Program-made: the position numbers and the translations under genes
Shown: positions 21,757-30,861 of the stretch, one piece after another
Layout: every line of letters begins with the position of its first letter
Position numbering within the stretch: position 1 is the first letter of the stretch
NCBI GenBank assembly: GCA_041663565.1
Contig: JBAYMJ010000002.1
Span: 17,947-81,946, forward strand
DNA length: 64,000 bases
Direction of reading: 5' to 3'
Source of the DNA: Candidatus Micrarchaeia archaeon
Lineage (GTDB): Archaea > Micrarchaeota > Micrarchaeia > Norongarragalinales > CAINOH01
Notes under the pieces: generated by a model
What the model was told of the DNA's origin: nothing
Database searches by the model: none
The model's input: only the letters and a program-made list of their open reading frames with translations

Positions 21757-21921
21757 ATGATGGAACGGGCGCAGACTTCGCTTGAATACCTGCTGATACT
21801 CGCGGGCGCAATAATGCTCGTCCTGCTGGTGGCGCAGGTGATCACCGGCGCGATGCTGCCCTACAACTCCGCAAACAACGCGGCTGTGGCGACGGTCTGG
21901 CCGACGGGAATGAACGGTTGA
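21757..21921 (+). CDS. Mini class III signal peptide (pilin-like) protein, 54 aa; absent from the supplied ORF track
   Basis: Hand translation gives MMERA/QTSLEYLLILAGAIMLVLLVAQVITGAMLPYNSANNAAVATVWPTGMNG, stop TGA at 21919-21921. The N-terminal motif matches the other pilin-like genes here. Confidence 0.7.
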   Translation: MMERAQTSLEYLLILAGAIMLVLLVAQVITGAMLPYNSANNAAVATVWPTGMNG

Positions 21922-21926
21922 TTCTC

Positions 21927-22283
21927 ATGACTGAATACAAGCAGGCAATAGTGCTCCGCGCCGACCTTGGCATGGGCAAGGGAAAGCTGGTGGCGCAGGG
22001 ATGCCACGCAAGCATCGACGCGTTCGAGAAGGCCAAGTCCTCCAAGCCGGAATGGGTGGAGGCGTGGAAGGACGGCGGGTGCAGGAAGATTGCCGTGAAG
22101 GTCCAGTCGGAGCGCGAGCTTGTTGGGATATTCATGGCAGCAAAGAAGGCCAGGCTGCCCTGCTCGCTGATTACAGACGCGGGCCACACGCAGGTCGAGC
22201 CGGGAAGCAAGACTGCAGTTGCGATAGGGCCTGCACCGGAAAGCGAAATTGATGAAATTACTGACAAGCTCAAACTGCTTTGA
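21927..22283 (+). CDS. pth2: Peptidyl-tRNA hydrolase, archaeal/eukaryotic type (Pth2)
   Basis: YKQAIVLRADLGMGKGKLVAQGCHAS...DAGHTQVEPGSKTAVAIGP is the Pth2 signature. ATG 21927 preferred to TTG 21918. Confidence 0.92.
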   Translation: MTEYKQAIVLRADLGMGKGKLVAQGCHASIDAFEKAKSSKPEWVEAWKDGGCRKIAVKVQSERELVGIFMAAKKARLPCSLITDAGHTQVEPGSKTAVAIGPAPESEIDEITDKLKLL

Positions 22284-22307
22284 TTAATTCTGTCGCCTAT
22301 CCGCCAA

Positions 22308-22580
22308 TTATTTCTCGTCGTCGTCCTGCTTCCACAGCGTGCGCTTCTTGTTGATTAGTTCCTTGGATAGCTGGCACAAAAGGGAGCTCACGCGCAATGC
22401 CTCGTCGGGGGAGAGACGGAAACCGACCGTGCCGATGGTGTTTGCGATTCGGACGGTGATTGTGCCGTCGCGCGGGTAGCCGTTTGCGGAAGTGGGCTCG
22501 GCGGTCTCGAGCTTGAGCGCGCTCTTGTGCGACACGCCGTCGTCGTCCTTGTACCAGTGCACCAGCTCGTCTTCAATCAT
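22308..22580 (-). CDS. Small hypothetical protein (90 aa)
   Basis: MIEDELVHWYKDDDGVSHKS... Trimmed to ATG 22578-22580, because the upstream part of ORF 22308..22850 is antisense to the pilin leader at 22735. Confidence 0.45.
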   Translation of the reverse strand: MIEDELVHWYKDDDGVSHKSALKLETAEPTSANGYPRDGTITVRIANTIGTVGFRLSPDEALRVSSLLCQLSKELINKKRTLWKQDDDEK

Positions 22581-22734
22581 TACTGTGGATTCACTTTGTT
22601 GGGTGGGTTGCAAGTAGCACTTGGACGGCGAATATAAACAAAAGCTGACGCGATTTCCGGTGAAGCCGCCGGAACCCCGTCCAACAAAGCTGCAGATGCA
22701 GAACCAATAAAACGCCGTGCGCGATTGCATTAAT

Positions 22735-24447
22735 ATGGCAATACGCGGCCAGGGCGCCTTCGAGTATCTTCTGCTGCTTGGCGGGACGGTTCTTGTCGCG
22801 ACCATAGTCCTTGTGATGACGCAGGGGTCGATCCAAAACGCGAACAACACCTACGGTGCGGCGTCAGGCAATTACGCAGATTTTGTAACGGGCAGCGTAA
22901 ACGACATCTTCGCAAACGGCTCGCTCACGCACGAGGCGCCGACGGGCTGCATATACGGCAACCCGGCCTGCGATGCAGGCTACTACTGCGACAACGGAAC
23001 CTGCAAACAGGCTAATGCACTGCTCAAAGGGTACGCGCTCGACCCGGCCGGAGTTCCGCTTCTTGGAGTGACAATCCACCTTGTCGGCGGCAATACCGCA
23101 GACGCGCTCACCAACGCGTCCGGGTATTACGAGATGGCCTTCGCAATCAACGGCTCGTCCGCGATGTACGCTGCCACTGCCGCAAGAAGCCCCGCAAACG
23201 TGCAAGCCGGTGCGACGGTCAACCTTACTGCCGGCTTTGCAACAATCCAGAAATTCACCTTGAGTTATAACCCCGCGTCGCTTTCCGGTTTCGTGCGCGA
23301 CCCGGCAGGCAACGGGATTGCGGGCGTCGCGCTTTCGTGCGGTTCCTATTCGGCTACGTCCGGGAGCGACGGTTCCTATGCCATAGGCAACGTGCCAATG
23401 GCTTCCGCAAGCACGACCAGTACCCTTGCGGGGTCGAAGACTCCGACTTTCGTTTCCAACTCAACGCCGGCGACGTTCAACGCGGGCGTAACCAACTCGC
23501 AGAACTTGCAAATGTCCTATTCCAACGCGAATGTTTCAGGGTACGTACGTGACGTGTCAAGCGCAGGCGTAGCCGGCGCTGCGGTAAGCTGCGGCGGCGT
23601 GTCGACGACTACCGCAAGTGACGGCGCGTATTCGATAAGCGGCCTTTTGATGTCCGCTGCTTCTTCTTCGTGCACCCTCGCGGCCTCCAAGTCCGGTTAC
23701 ACTTCTGCAAGCGCAACAGCAACTCTTACTGCAGGCGCAATCACTTCGGGCCAGAACCTTGCCATCAATCTCATAGTCGTTGGCGCCTGCGGTTCAAGCA
23801 ACGGCGCGGCTTTCTATTCCGCCCCGTCCTCGGGCCTTTGCACTGCTGGAAGCGCTTCCGCATTGTCGGGCGCAGGGCCTTGGTCGTGGACTTGTGCCGG
23901 TACGTATGGCGGCTCAACCGCAAGCTGTTATGCAAACCTCATCGTGAACGGCGCGTGCGGCGCAGCTGCAACAAGCTATGCCTATTCTGCCGGCGGCTTC
24001 TCCGGCGCATTGTGCAATGCCGGGACGGCAAGCCCGAGCAGCCCATCGTTTCCTGCCGCGGGAGGGTCAACTAGTTGGGCCTGCCTTGGCTTGAATGGCG
24101 GAAGCGGCGCTTCCTGTTCGGCATCAAGGGCAAACCACCCCTGTGCAGTTGCAGGAGGAACGATATACGGGTCGTTCTGCCGTTTTAGCGGTTCGTCTTG
24201 CCCTGGCGGATGGACACAATATGGCAGCTGGTCAACGACAACGGCAGGACACAGCTCTTCTTGCGGCTGGGTAAGTTCGCCTTGGCCGGAACCGAGCTGC
24301 TGCAGCACCGGCTCCCACGACTTTTCCAATACCGCAGTGGAATCCTGCGGGTATTGGCAGTATTGTTGCACTTCGTGGACTTGCCCGACCAACTGTTGGC
24401 AGACCGCATCTGCAATCGTGACGGAAGTCGGGTGTTACCAGCCTTGA
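22735..24447 (+). CDS. Large class III signal peptide (pilin-like) adhesin with CarboxypepD_reg-like repeats and Cys-rich modules
   Basis: MAIRG/QGAFEYLLLLGGTVLVATIVLV; three G(Y/F)VRD..G.G(I/V)AGA.(L/V)SCG....T.SDG.Y.I repeats; two GACG...LC..G...........W.C.G..GG...SC modules; a Cys/Trp-rich terminal domain. Confidence 0.82.
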   Translation: MAIRGQGAFEYLLLLGGTVLVATIVLVMTQGSIQNANNTYGAASGNYADFVTGSVNDIFANGSLTHEAPTGCIYGNPACDAGYYCDNGTCKQANALLKGYALDPAGVPLLGVTIHLVGGNTADALTNASGYYEMAFAINGSSAMYAATAARSPANVQAGATVNLTAGFATIQKFTLSYNPASLSGFVRDPAGNGIAGVALSCGSYSATSGSDGSYAIGNVPMASASTTSTLAGSKTPTFVSNSTPATFNAGVTNSQNLQMSYSNANVSGYVRDVSSAGVAGAAVSCGGVSTTTASDGAYSISGLLMSAASSSCTLAASKSGYTSASATATLTAGAITSGQNLAINLIVVGACGSSNGAAFYSAPSSGLCTAGSASALSGAGPWSWTCAGTYGGSTASCYANLIVNGACGAAATSYAYSAGGFSGALCNAGTASPSSPSFPAAGGSTSWACLGLNGGSGASCSASRANHPCAVAGGTIYGSFCRFSGSSCPGGWTQYGSWSTTTAGHSSSCGWVSSPWPEPSCCSTGSHDFSNTAVESCGYWQYCCTSWTCPTNCWQTASAIVTEVGCYQP

Positions 24448-24502
24448 AAGGAGTTACTCCCGTGTTTTTCGGTGCGTGAAAGACGGACATGCATCGTAAG
24501 AG

Positions 24503-25027
24503 CTATTTCCTGTAGCCTGCAATCCTTGCCTTCTCGCTCGGCTGCGTCACGCGCTTTCCGATGAAGTAGTTTACGGTGCGCTCGCCGAAGGCCCGCGCGC
24601 GGGCGAAGTCTATTTCGTCAAGCCTGCCCTTGCCCAAAAACGAGAGGTTTCCCTTGACGTTGAGCGTGAGCGTGTTGCGGACCACTGCCCCGCGCTTCTC
24701 GAACTCGACTGAAACCTGCTTGAACGACTCGCGCGACTGCTTGGAGTTTGAGCACAGCGCAAAAGGCGCGACGTTCCTTGTCTTCCAGTCGAAGCCCTTG
24801 GTCTGGCCGAAGAGGTCGCGCTTTGTGAACATGTGCGCGAGGTCGGCTTCCACAAAGAACAGGTCGTAAAACCCGTTGTCGGGCTGGTATCCTGATGCAG
24901 TCCACTGGCCGTAGGACATCAATGTAGCTTCGGCTCCCGCAATGGTCGCTCCTGCGTGCACTGCCTGGGCTACCGGGAGGAGGCGGGCGTCGGCCTCGAA
25001 ATAAAGCACAAGGCAACGCACAGCCAT
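24503..25027 (-). CDS. Hypothetical protein (174 aa)
   Basis: Clean ATG-initiated ORF with no competing gene. No motif recognised. Confidence 0.5.
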   Translation of the reverse strand: MAVRCLVLYFEADARLLPVAQAVHAGATIAGAEATLMSYGQWTASGYQPDNGFYDLFFVEADLAHMFTKRDLFGQTKGFDWKTRNVAPFALCSNSKQSRESFKQVSVEFEKRGAVVRNTLTLNVKGNLSFLGKGRLDEIDFARARAFGERTVNYFIGKRVTQPSEKARIAGYRK

Positions 25028-25067
25028 TCAGCACCAAACCCCATTCAAGTTCTCGTCCCTTCCTGCT

Positions 25068-25784
25068 TTACGCGACACGGGCTGCGGGCTTTGCGAGCGA
25101 GTAAGCCCGCTCGACTTTAAGCTCGGAAAAGTCCGCGCGCTTGGAAGCCCAGTCCAAGACCGTGGTGAATGCCACGTACGAGACTGCGATTCCCGCTGCG
25201 AACATCAGCCGCTCGTAAGCCGTGACGGGCACAAGAGCGGTCCACTGGGCCGAGGTGTAGGGCAGCGAGTAGGCAAAGATTACCGAGCCTACCGCGTGGG
25301 CCGTGAATGTCGCGCCCAAGCTGCGTGCAACCAGGTTCTTGCTCCACCCAAAGACACGGACTGCAACAGGGATGAGCCAGTAGAGTGAGTAATACCACGC
25401 GCCCGCGCCAGCCGGGGTCATCACAAAGAGCGCCATGCAGGCAAGGGGAACTCCGAGTCCTACTGCGTCAAGCTTCTTGAAGTCGATGCGGGCGAAGTAG
25501 TACGCCGCAAAGAGCATGGTTGAAAGGCGAAGGACGTTCAACAGGGTGATTGCCTTCCCAAGCACCACCATGTTGACCACCTGCGAAGCCGCAAGCGCGA
25601 CCAGTCCGAGGCCGAGGCCGAGGAAGGATGCCACTATTGGGCCGAAGAACTGGAAGAGCGTAAAGTAGGACGCGTTCGAGCCTATGATTGGCGCGAAGTT
25701 GATTTGCTCGGCTATTGCCGCAAACACCGCGAAAGCCCCCAGGAATAGGAGCTTGCGCTTCGTAAGACCCATCGACAAATCCAT
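25068..25784 (-). CDS. Six-TM membrane protein, possible vitamin/substrate-capture transporter component (speculative)
   Basis: Roughly 6 hydrophobic helices in a 238-aa protein, same strand and directly downstream of folC. The function is a context inference only. Confidence 0.5.
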   Translation of the reverse strand: MDLSMGLTKRKLLFLGAFAVFAAIAEQINFAPIIGSNASYFTLFQFFGPIVASFLGLGLGLVALAASQVVNMVVLGKAITLLNVLRLSTMLFAAYYFARIDFKKLDAVGLGVPLACMALFVMTPAGAGAWYYSLYWLIPVAVRVFGWSKNLVARSLGATFTAHAVGSVIFAYSLPYTSAQWTALVPVTAYERLMFAAGIAVSYVAFTTVLDWASKRADFSELKVERAYSLAKPAARVA

Positions 25785-25932
25785 AGTTACAAAACCCCCC
25801 TGAACTGGATTGAAAAGAAAGCAAGTATTGTTGGAAGAAACGACAAATATTAACCCTATTGTTTATGGCGGGCCCGGAACGGCGTAGAAGCATTTTCCGA
25901 GTCCGATAGAGGCAAAATGCGAAGAAGTTTGA

Positions 25933-27306
25933 CTAGCATTTTGCCGTAGTTTTGCCAACTGGCTGCTTGGAAAGCCCGGCCTTGATTTCACCAACCAAGT
26001 AGAGGGAACCTGCCACCAGGACCATCCCGTCTGCATCCGAGTTGGCGTGCTTTACAGCAGCCCGCAAGGCCTCACCTGCTGACCAGAAATCCAAGACCAC
26101 CGGACAATGCGGCCTTGCCGCTTCCGCCACCCGCACCGCAGTTGCCGTGCGGTGGTAGGAAACCGGGGCCGCGTAGAAGGACGTTGCAAGAGGCGCCAGA
26201 AGGCCCACAGTTGACTCGACGTCCTTGTCGTCCATCATCCCGCAGACTAGGGATATCCTTTTGCCTGCAAAAAGCGCCTTGACCGAAGCTGCAAGAGCCC
26301 TTGCGCCGTCGGGATTGTGCGCGCCGTCAAGCACAACTAGAGGTTCCGTGGAGACTATTTCGAGCCTGCCGGGCCATTTCGCGGCCTGGAAACCTTTTTG
26401 GATTGCAGTTGAAGGGATTGAAAGCGCCCCTTGCTCATCCAGCTTGCGCAAAGCCGCATAGGCGACGGCCATGTTGAAGCACTGGTAGCTTCCAAGCAAG
26501 CTGGAAGAAAGCCGCGTAGTGCCTAACTTTGACGAGATTTCGACCTGCGTTCCTGAAAGGGAAACGCTTTTTCCTGAAAAAGTAAATTCGGCATCGCCGG
26601 CCGCGTCCTCCTTTCCGCCGCTTTTCCTTTCGCCGACGACAACGACCCCGCTGTTCTTTTCACCCGCGACCTTTCTGATTACCCCAAGCGCCGCGCCGTC
26701 GCACCCGGTCACAACCGGCCTGCCTGCGCGGATTACCCCGGCTTTCTCAAAAGCAATCTTCTCAACCGTGTAGCCGAGCGCCTTGGTGTGGTCGAGGCTG
26801 ACGCGCGTGATTATCGAAAGAACGGGCTCGGCCACGTTTGTTGAGTCCAGCCTGCCGCCCATCCCGATTTCAAGTACCGCAAAATCAACTTTCGAGTCCA
26901 AAAAGAACTTGAGCGCTACTGCGGTGTTGACCTCGAACTGGCTGAGTGTTTCGGTGTGGGCTTGGTTGTAAGTTTCGACGGCCTTTTTTGCATCCAAGAT
27001 TATCCTTGCAAAATCCGCCTTCGAAATATCCTTTCCATCCACGCTGACCCTTTCGGTGTAATCAACCAAATGAGGAGAGATGTATCGGCCGGTCCTGTAA
27101 CCTGCGTTCCTGATTGCGGACTCACAGAACGCTGCGACCGAGCCCTTGCCGTTGGTGCCGGTGACGAGGATGCAGGGAACCGCCTTGGGGTCGAAGCCAA
27201 GGATTTCACACAAGTCGCGAACAGGCGCAAGCGTCCACTCGTTCTTCGGAGGCAGCGCCTCGAGGAAGGCTATTGCTGCAAAGTAGTCGTCGGGTTGGCG
27301 TTCCAT
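25933..27306 (-). CDS. folC: Folylpolyglutamate synthase / dihydrofolate synthase family (Mur ligase fold)
   Basis: ILVTGTNGKGSVAAFCESAIRNAGYRTGRYISPHLVDYTERV (P-loop plus the SPHL motif typical of FolC). ATG at 27304-27306. Confidence 0.88.
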   Translation of the reverse strand: MERQPDDYFAAIAFLEALPPKNEWTLAPVRDLCEILGFDPKAVPCILVTGTNGKGSVAAFCESAIRNAGYRTGRYISPHLVDYTERVSVDGKDISKADFARIILDAKKAVETYNQAHTETLSQFEVNTAVALKFFLDSKVDFAVLEIGMGGRLDSTNVAEPVLSIITRVSLDHTKALGYTVEKIAFEKAGVIRAGRPVVTGCDGAALGVIRKVAGEKNSGVVVVGERKSGGKEDAAGDAEFTFSGKSVSLSGTQVEISSKLGTTRLSSSLLGSYQCFNMAVAYAALRKLDEQGALSIPSTAIQKGFQAAKWPGRLEIVSTEPLVVLDGAHNPDGARALAASVKALFAGKRISLVCGMMDDKDVESTVGLLAPLATSFYAAPVSYHRTATAVRVAEAARPHCPVVLDFWSAGEALRAAVKHANSDADGMVLVAGSLYLVGEIKAGLSKQPVGKTTAKC

Positions 27307-27345
27307 TGGCAAAACCAGCAATTGGATTTTGCACGGCCGGATTAA

Positions 27346-29079
27346 TCAGGCCTTCTTTGACTGCTCAAGGCACGCCTTCACAAAGCCCAAAAAGAGCGGA
27401 TTCGGGTTGAACGGCCTGCTTGAAAGCTCGGGGTGGAACTGCGTGCCCACGAAGAACGGGTGTGATGGGATTTCCATCACCTGCATTATGGGCTGGTTGG
27501 GCGCCTTCCCTGAGAAAACCATGCCCGCTTTCTGGATGCGGTCGATGTAATCGGGGTTGACCTCGTAGCGGTGGCGGAAGCGCTCGCGAATCTTGAGCTT
27601 TCCGTAAAGCTCCGCTGCCATCGAGCCCTTGACAAGCTCGACGTCCTTCCCGCCAAGCCGCATGTTGCCTCCGAGTCCCTCGATTTTCTTTTGTTCCGGA
27701 AGGATGTCAATGACCATGTCAGGGGTGTCCGGGTCAATCTCGGTTGAGTTTGCCTTGGACAGCCCTAGGACGTTCCTGCAGAACTCCACAACCGCCATCT
27801 GCATGCCATAGCACAAGCCTAGGTAGGGCAGCTTGTTCTTTCGCGCATACTCGATGCACTTGATCTTGCCTTCTGTTCCGCGCGAGCCGAAGCCGCCGGG
27901 AACGATTATGCCGTTGACGCCATCAAGCACCTTCGCGACTTCCGCATCAGTTGACTTGGGGGTGAGCTTGCTCGTCTCAATCCAGACAAGCTCGACTTTG
28001 CACCCTGCTTTTGCGCGCGAGTGCTCGATTGCCTGGATTATGCTCGCGTAAGAGTCCTTGACTTCGGTGTACTTTCCGGTGATTCCAATCTTTATGGACT
28101 TGGTGGGCTTCGCGAGAGCCTCGCAGAAGTCCTCCCAGCGCCTCATCGCAGCCTCAGTGCGAACGGCAGGGGCGCGCTTTATGCCTAAAAGCTCAAGAAC
28201 CGCCTTGTCCAGGCCCTTTTCGTGGAGCATTATCGGGACTTCGTAGATTGACTGGGCGTCAGGCACGCACACCACGCGCTCAAGAGGCACGTTGGAGTAG
28301 ATGCTGATTTTCTCGCGCACCTTCTCTCCTACCTCGCGGCCAGCGCGCACCACCACAATCTCAGGTTGAATTCCCAAAGACATAAGGGTGCGAATGCCGC
28401 TCTGCGCGGGCTTGCTCTTGAACTCACCAAGCGAGCTGGGGTTGAAAGCGTAAGTGACGTTGGAGAAAATGACGTTGCTGCGGCCTTCCTCGTACTGGAG
28501 CTGGCGCATCGCTTCCATGAAGTAGCCGTTTTCGAGGTCCCCTACTGTGCCTCCGACTTCGATTATGACCACGTCTGTCTTGGTGGTGATTGCGCACTCG
28601 CGCACGAACGCCTTGATTTCACCTGTTACGTGGGGGATGAACTGCACGTCGCGTCCAAGATACTCGCCCTTGCGCTCCTTGGTAAGAACCGTGTTGAATA
28701 TCTTGCCGCCGGTGATGTAGTTGAGCTTTGAGAGGTTCTTGTCGAGGAAGCGCTCGTATGCTCCGAGGTCCATGTCGGTTTCCGCGCCGTCGTCAAGCAC
28801 GAATACTTCGCCGTGGCGGTAAGGGTTCAAGGTGCCTGCGTCCTGGTTGAGGTAGCCGTCGAACTTGATTGGCTCGACTTTGAGCCCCGCTGCCTCGAGG
28901 AGCGCGCCCATGCTGGATGAGAAGATTCCCTTGCCTACTCCGGAGATTACGCTTCCGGTGATTACGAGGTACTTGGTCTTTCCGGGCTCGTAGCCCTTCG
29001 GGACTGGGGTGTAGAACTCGTGGTCACTGGACTTGTTTGAAAGCGATGAAAGAATGCCACAAGAGTCCTCAGCTGCCAT
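27346..29079 (-). CDS. pyrG: CTP synthase
   Basis: KYLVITGSVISGVGKGI, LNQDAGTLNPYRHGEVFVLDDGAETDMDLGAYERF and the glutaminase part GLCYGMQ...QFHPE. Confidence 0.95.
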   Translation of the reverse strand: MAAEDSCGILSSLSNKSSDHEFYTPVPKGYEPGKTKYLVITGSVISGVGKGIFSSSMGALLEAAGLKVEPIKFDGYLNQDAGTLNPYRHGEVFVLDDGAETDMDLGAYERFLDKNLSKLNYITGGKIFNTVLTKERKGEYLGRDVQFIPHVTGEIKAFVRECAITTKTDVVIIEVGGTVGDLENGYFMEAMRQLQYEEGRSNVIFSNVTYAFNPSSLGEFKSKPAQSGIRTLMSLGIQPEIVVVRAGREVGEKVREKISIYSNVPLERVVCVPDAQSIYEVPIMLHEKGLDKAVLELLGIKRAPAVRTEAAMRRWEDFCEALAKPTKSIKIGITGKYTEVKDSYASIIQAIEHSRAKAGCKVELVWIETSKLTPKSTDAEVAKVLDGVNGIIVPGGFGSRGTEGKIKCIEYARKNKLPYLGLCYGMQMAVVEFCRNVLGLSKANSTEIDPDTPDMVIDILPEQKKIEGLGGNMRLGGKDVELVKGSMAAELYGKLKIRERFRHRYEVNPDYIDRIQKAGMVFSGKAPNQPIMQVMEIPSHPFFVGTQFHPELSSRPFNPNPLFLGFVKACLEQSKKA

Positions 29080-29223
29080 TACCCACACACCCCGTTCAAA
29101 AAAAGAACTAATGATTGAATTGCTATAATAAAAAGAAGACGGTGGCTTTCGGTTGTTAAAAACGTATTGTTGGACGGCAGGATTGAAGTAGGACTTTTAT
29201 TCCGCAACGCACCCACCCAAATT

Positions 29224-30336
29224 ATGGAAAACACCTATCATGGGCTTCCCATAACAATCAGGGGCGAAAACCCCGGTCCGACATGGAGGCACAACAATGC
29301 CGCTGAAAAACGGGCGAGAAGGAACTGGCCCAAGGACTACGACCACGACATATTGCTTACTGTAGAGACAACGGACAAGTGCACCCTGCGCTGCGACCAC
29401 TGTTTTGCCGAGTCCGGGCCTGAAAAGAACACGTTCATAGACCACAAAAAAATCGAGGAAATCGCAAAGGAATGCGAGACGATATTCCCGCAATATGGCC
29501 AGAAAATTATCCGGATTACCGGAGGGGACCCGTTCCTGCACCCGAAGATTTTTGGCATCGTCAAGTCGTTCTCCAAGAGGAAAAAGAAGCTTGGATACAA
29601 GCTCCTCGACGTTGAGACCAACGGCTGGTGGGCAACCGACGACGAAACGGCGAGAAAGTACATAAAGAAGCTCAAGGCATCCGGCGCGGACCTCTTGAGC
29701 ATGACCAATGATTACTTCCACTGCAAGCAGGGCGTATTCGACATCCATGAGCATATGCACAGGATAGACCACATCGCCTCGGAGGAAGGCCTTAGGTTCC
29801 GAAACATCCTGACCGGGTATGGCACTGACACTCCTGACGAAAATACTGCAAAAGAAATAGAGGAGCACAAAAAGCGCTGCAATCACTGCCACGGCATCCC
29901 AAACATCACGCCAATTGGCCGGGCGCGGGAACTTCCTGAAGAAACGTGGGGTTCGCACGTAACCTGCGGCCTGACAGGCTGCAGGCTGACCCCGCCATTG
30001 TTCATGCCCTTAATCGGGGCTGAAAAATACACGCATAGGGACGAGATTACCCTCGGCCCGAACGGGAACGTCTATCCCTGCAATAGCGGAAAGGAGTTCG
30101 AGCACGCGTCGCTTGCAATCGGAAACATCTACAGGAGGCCTCTTGCGCACATAATACAGGACCCGCAAAACAAGATAGTCGACATAATCCGCAAGGAAGG
30201 GCTGCGGGGAGTAAGCAAACGGGCAGGGATAACCTCACCGAATCATTGGGGAACCTACTGGAAGATGTCGCCCTGTGGATTATGCCACGAACTTTTGAGG
30301 ACTCGCGGAAAGCAGATACAGAAGAACATCAAATGA
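29224..30336 (+). CDS. Radical SAM protein with a Cys-rich (SPASM/twitch-like) C-terminal extension, substrate unknown
   Basis: CTLRCDHC (CxxxCxxC) in LLTVETTDKCTLRCDHCFAESG, plus additional C-terminal Cys clusters (CNHC, CGLTGC, PCNSG, CGLC). Confidence 0.8.
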   Translation: MENTYHGLPITIRGENPGPTWRHNNAAEKRARRNWPKDYDHDILLTVETTDKCTLRCDHCFAESGPEKNTFIDHKKIEEIAKECETIFPQYGQKIIRITGGDPFLHPKIFGIVKSFSKRKKKLGYKLLDVETNGWWATDDETARKYIKKLKASGADLLSMTNDYFHCKQGVFDIHEHMHRIDHIASEEGLRFRNILTGYGTDTPDENTAKEIEEHKKRCNHCHGIPNITPIGRARELPEETWGSHVTCGLTGCRLTPPLFMPLIGAEKYTHRDEITLGPNGNVYPCNSGKEFEHASLAIGNIYRRPLAHIIQDPQNKIVDIIRKEGLRGVSKRAGITSPNHWGTYWKMSPCGLCHELLRTRGKQIQKNIK

Positions 30337-30367
30337 CGCGCTTACGCTGAAGCAAAATGAAAAGAGA

Positions 30368-30387
30368 CCCCCTCCTTTCGGAGGGGG
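30368..30387. terminator. Bidirectional terminator-like hairpin between convergent genes
   Basis: CCCCCTCC-TTTC-GGAGGGGG, a perfect 8-bp stem, followed by a T-run (ctgttttt) on the plus strand. Confidence 0.55.
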
Positions 30388-30463
30388 CTTCATCTGTTTT
30401 TCCAAGGGGGGCTTGGAGGATTTGATGAAGGATAAATGCCGCAAAAGCGGCTGGTTGTTGAAA

Positions 30464-30847
30464 CTACTGTCCCCACATGACCTTACGGCCCGATGTCAGC
30501 CGGTCCTTGCGGAACTCTCCCTGCATGTGGTAGTAGGAAGCGCCGAAAAGCGCCGCTACCCCGACTACGGGCATTGGCATGAGGGTGACTACGCCGATGA
30601 GCGCGAGCACCAGCGAGTACGACCGGAAGCGCAGGGCCTCCTTCCAAAGGGGAAGGTAGCTCTGGGTGTAGTTGTACCGGTTGGTGAGCTTCATCATGGG
30701 CTCCTTTGCGTCCGCAGGCACCGAAGTCATCTGGATGTCCCAGTTCTTTTCCGACGGCGCCTTGCCAGCTGGCGCTACCGAGTCCCCTACGGTAATCTGG
30801 TCCCCGCTTTTTGGGTTCAGCTTTGAAAGCATGTCCTGTATTGCCAT
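30464..30847 (-). CDS. Small membrane protein, member 1 of a five-gene paralogous cluster
   Basis: 127 aa; soluble N-terminal part, then a Gly-rich TM hairpin (SLVLALIGVVTLMPMPVVGVAALFGASYY). Lies 14 nt downstream of the preceding gene. Confidence 0.65.
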   Translation of the reverse strand: MAIQDMLSKLNPKSGDQITVGDSVAPAGKAPSEKNWDIQMTSVPADAKEPMMKLTNRYNYTQSYLPLWKEALRFRSYSLVLALIGVVTLMPMPVVGVAALFGASYYHMQGEFRKDRLTSGRKVMWGQ

Positions 30848-30861
30848 ATTTCATTCCCCCT

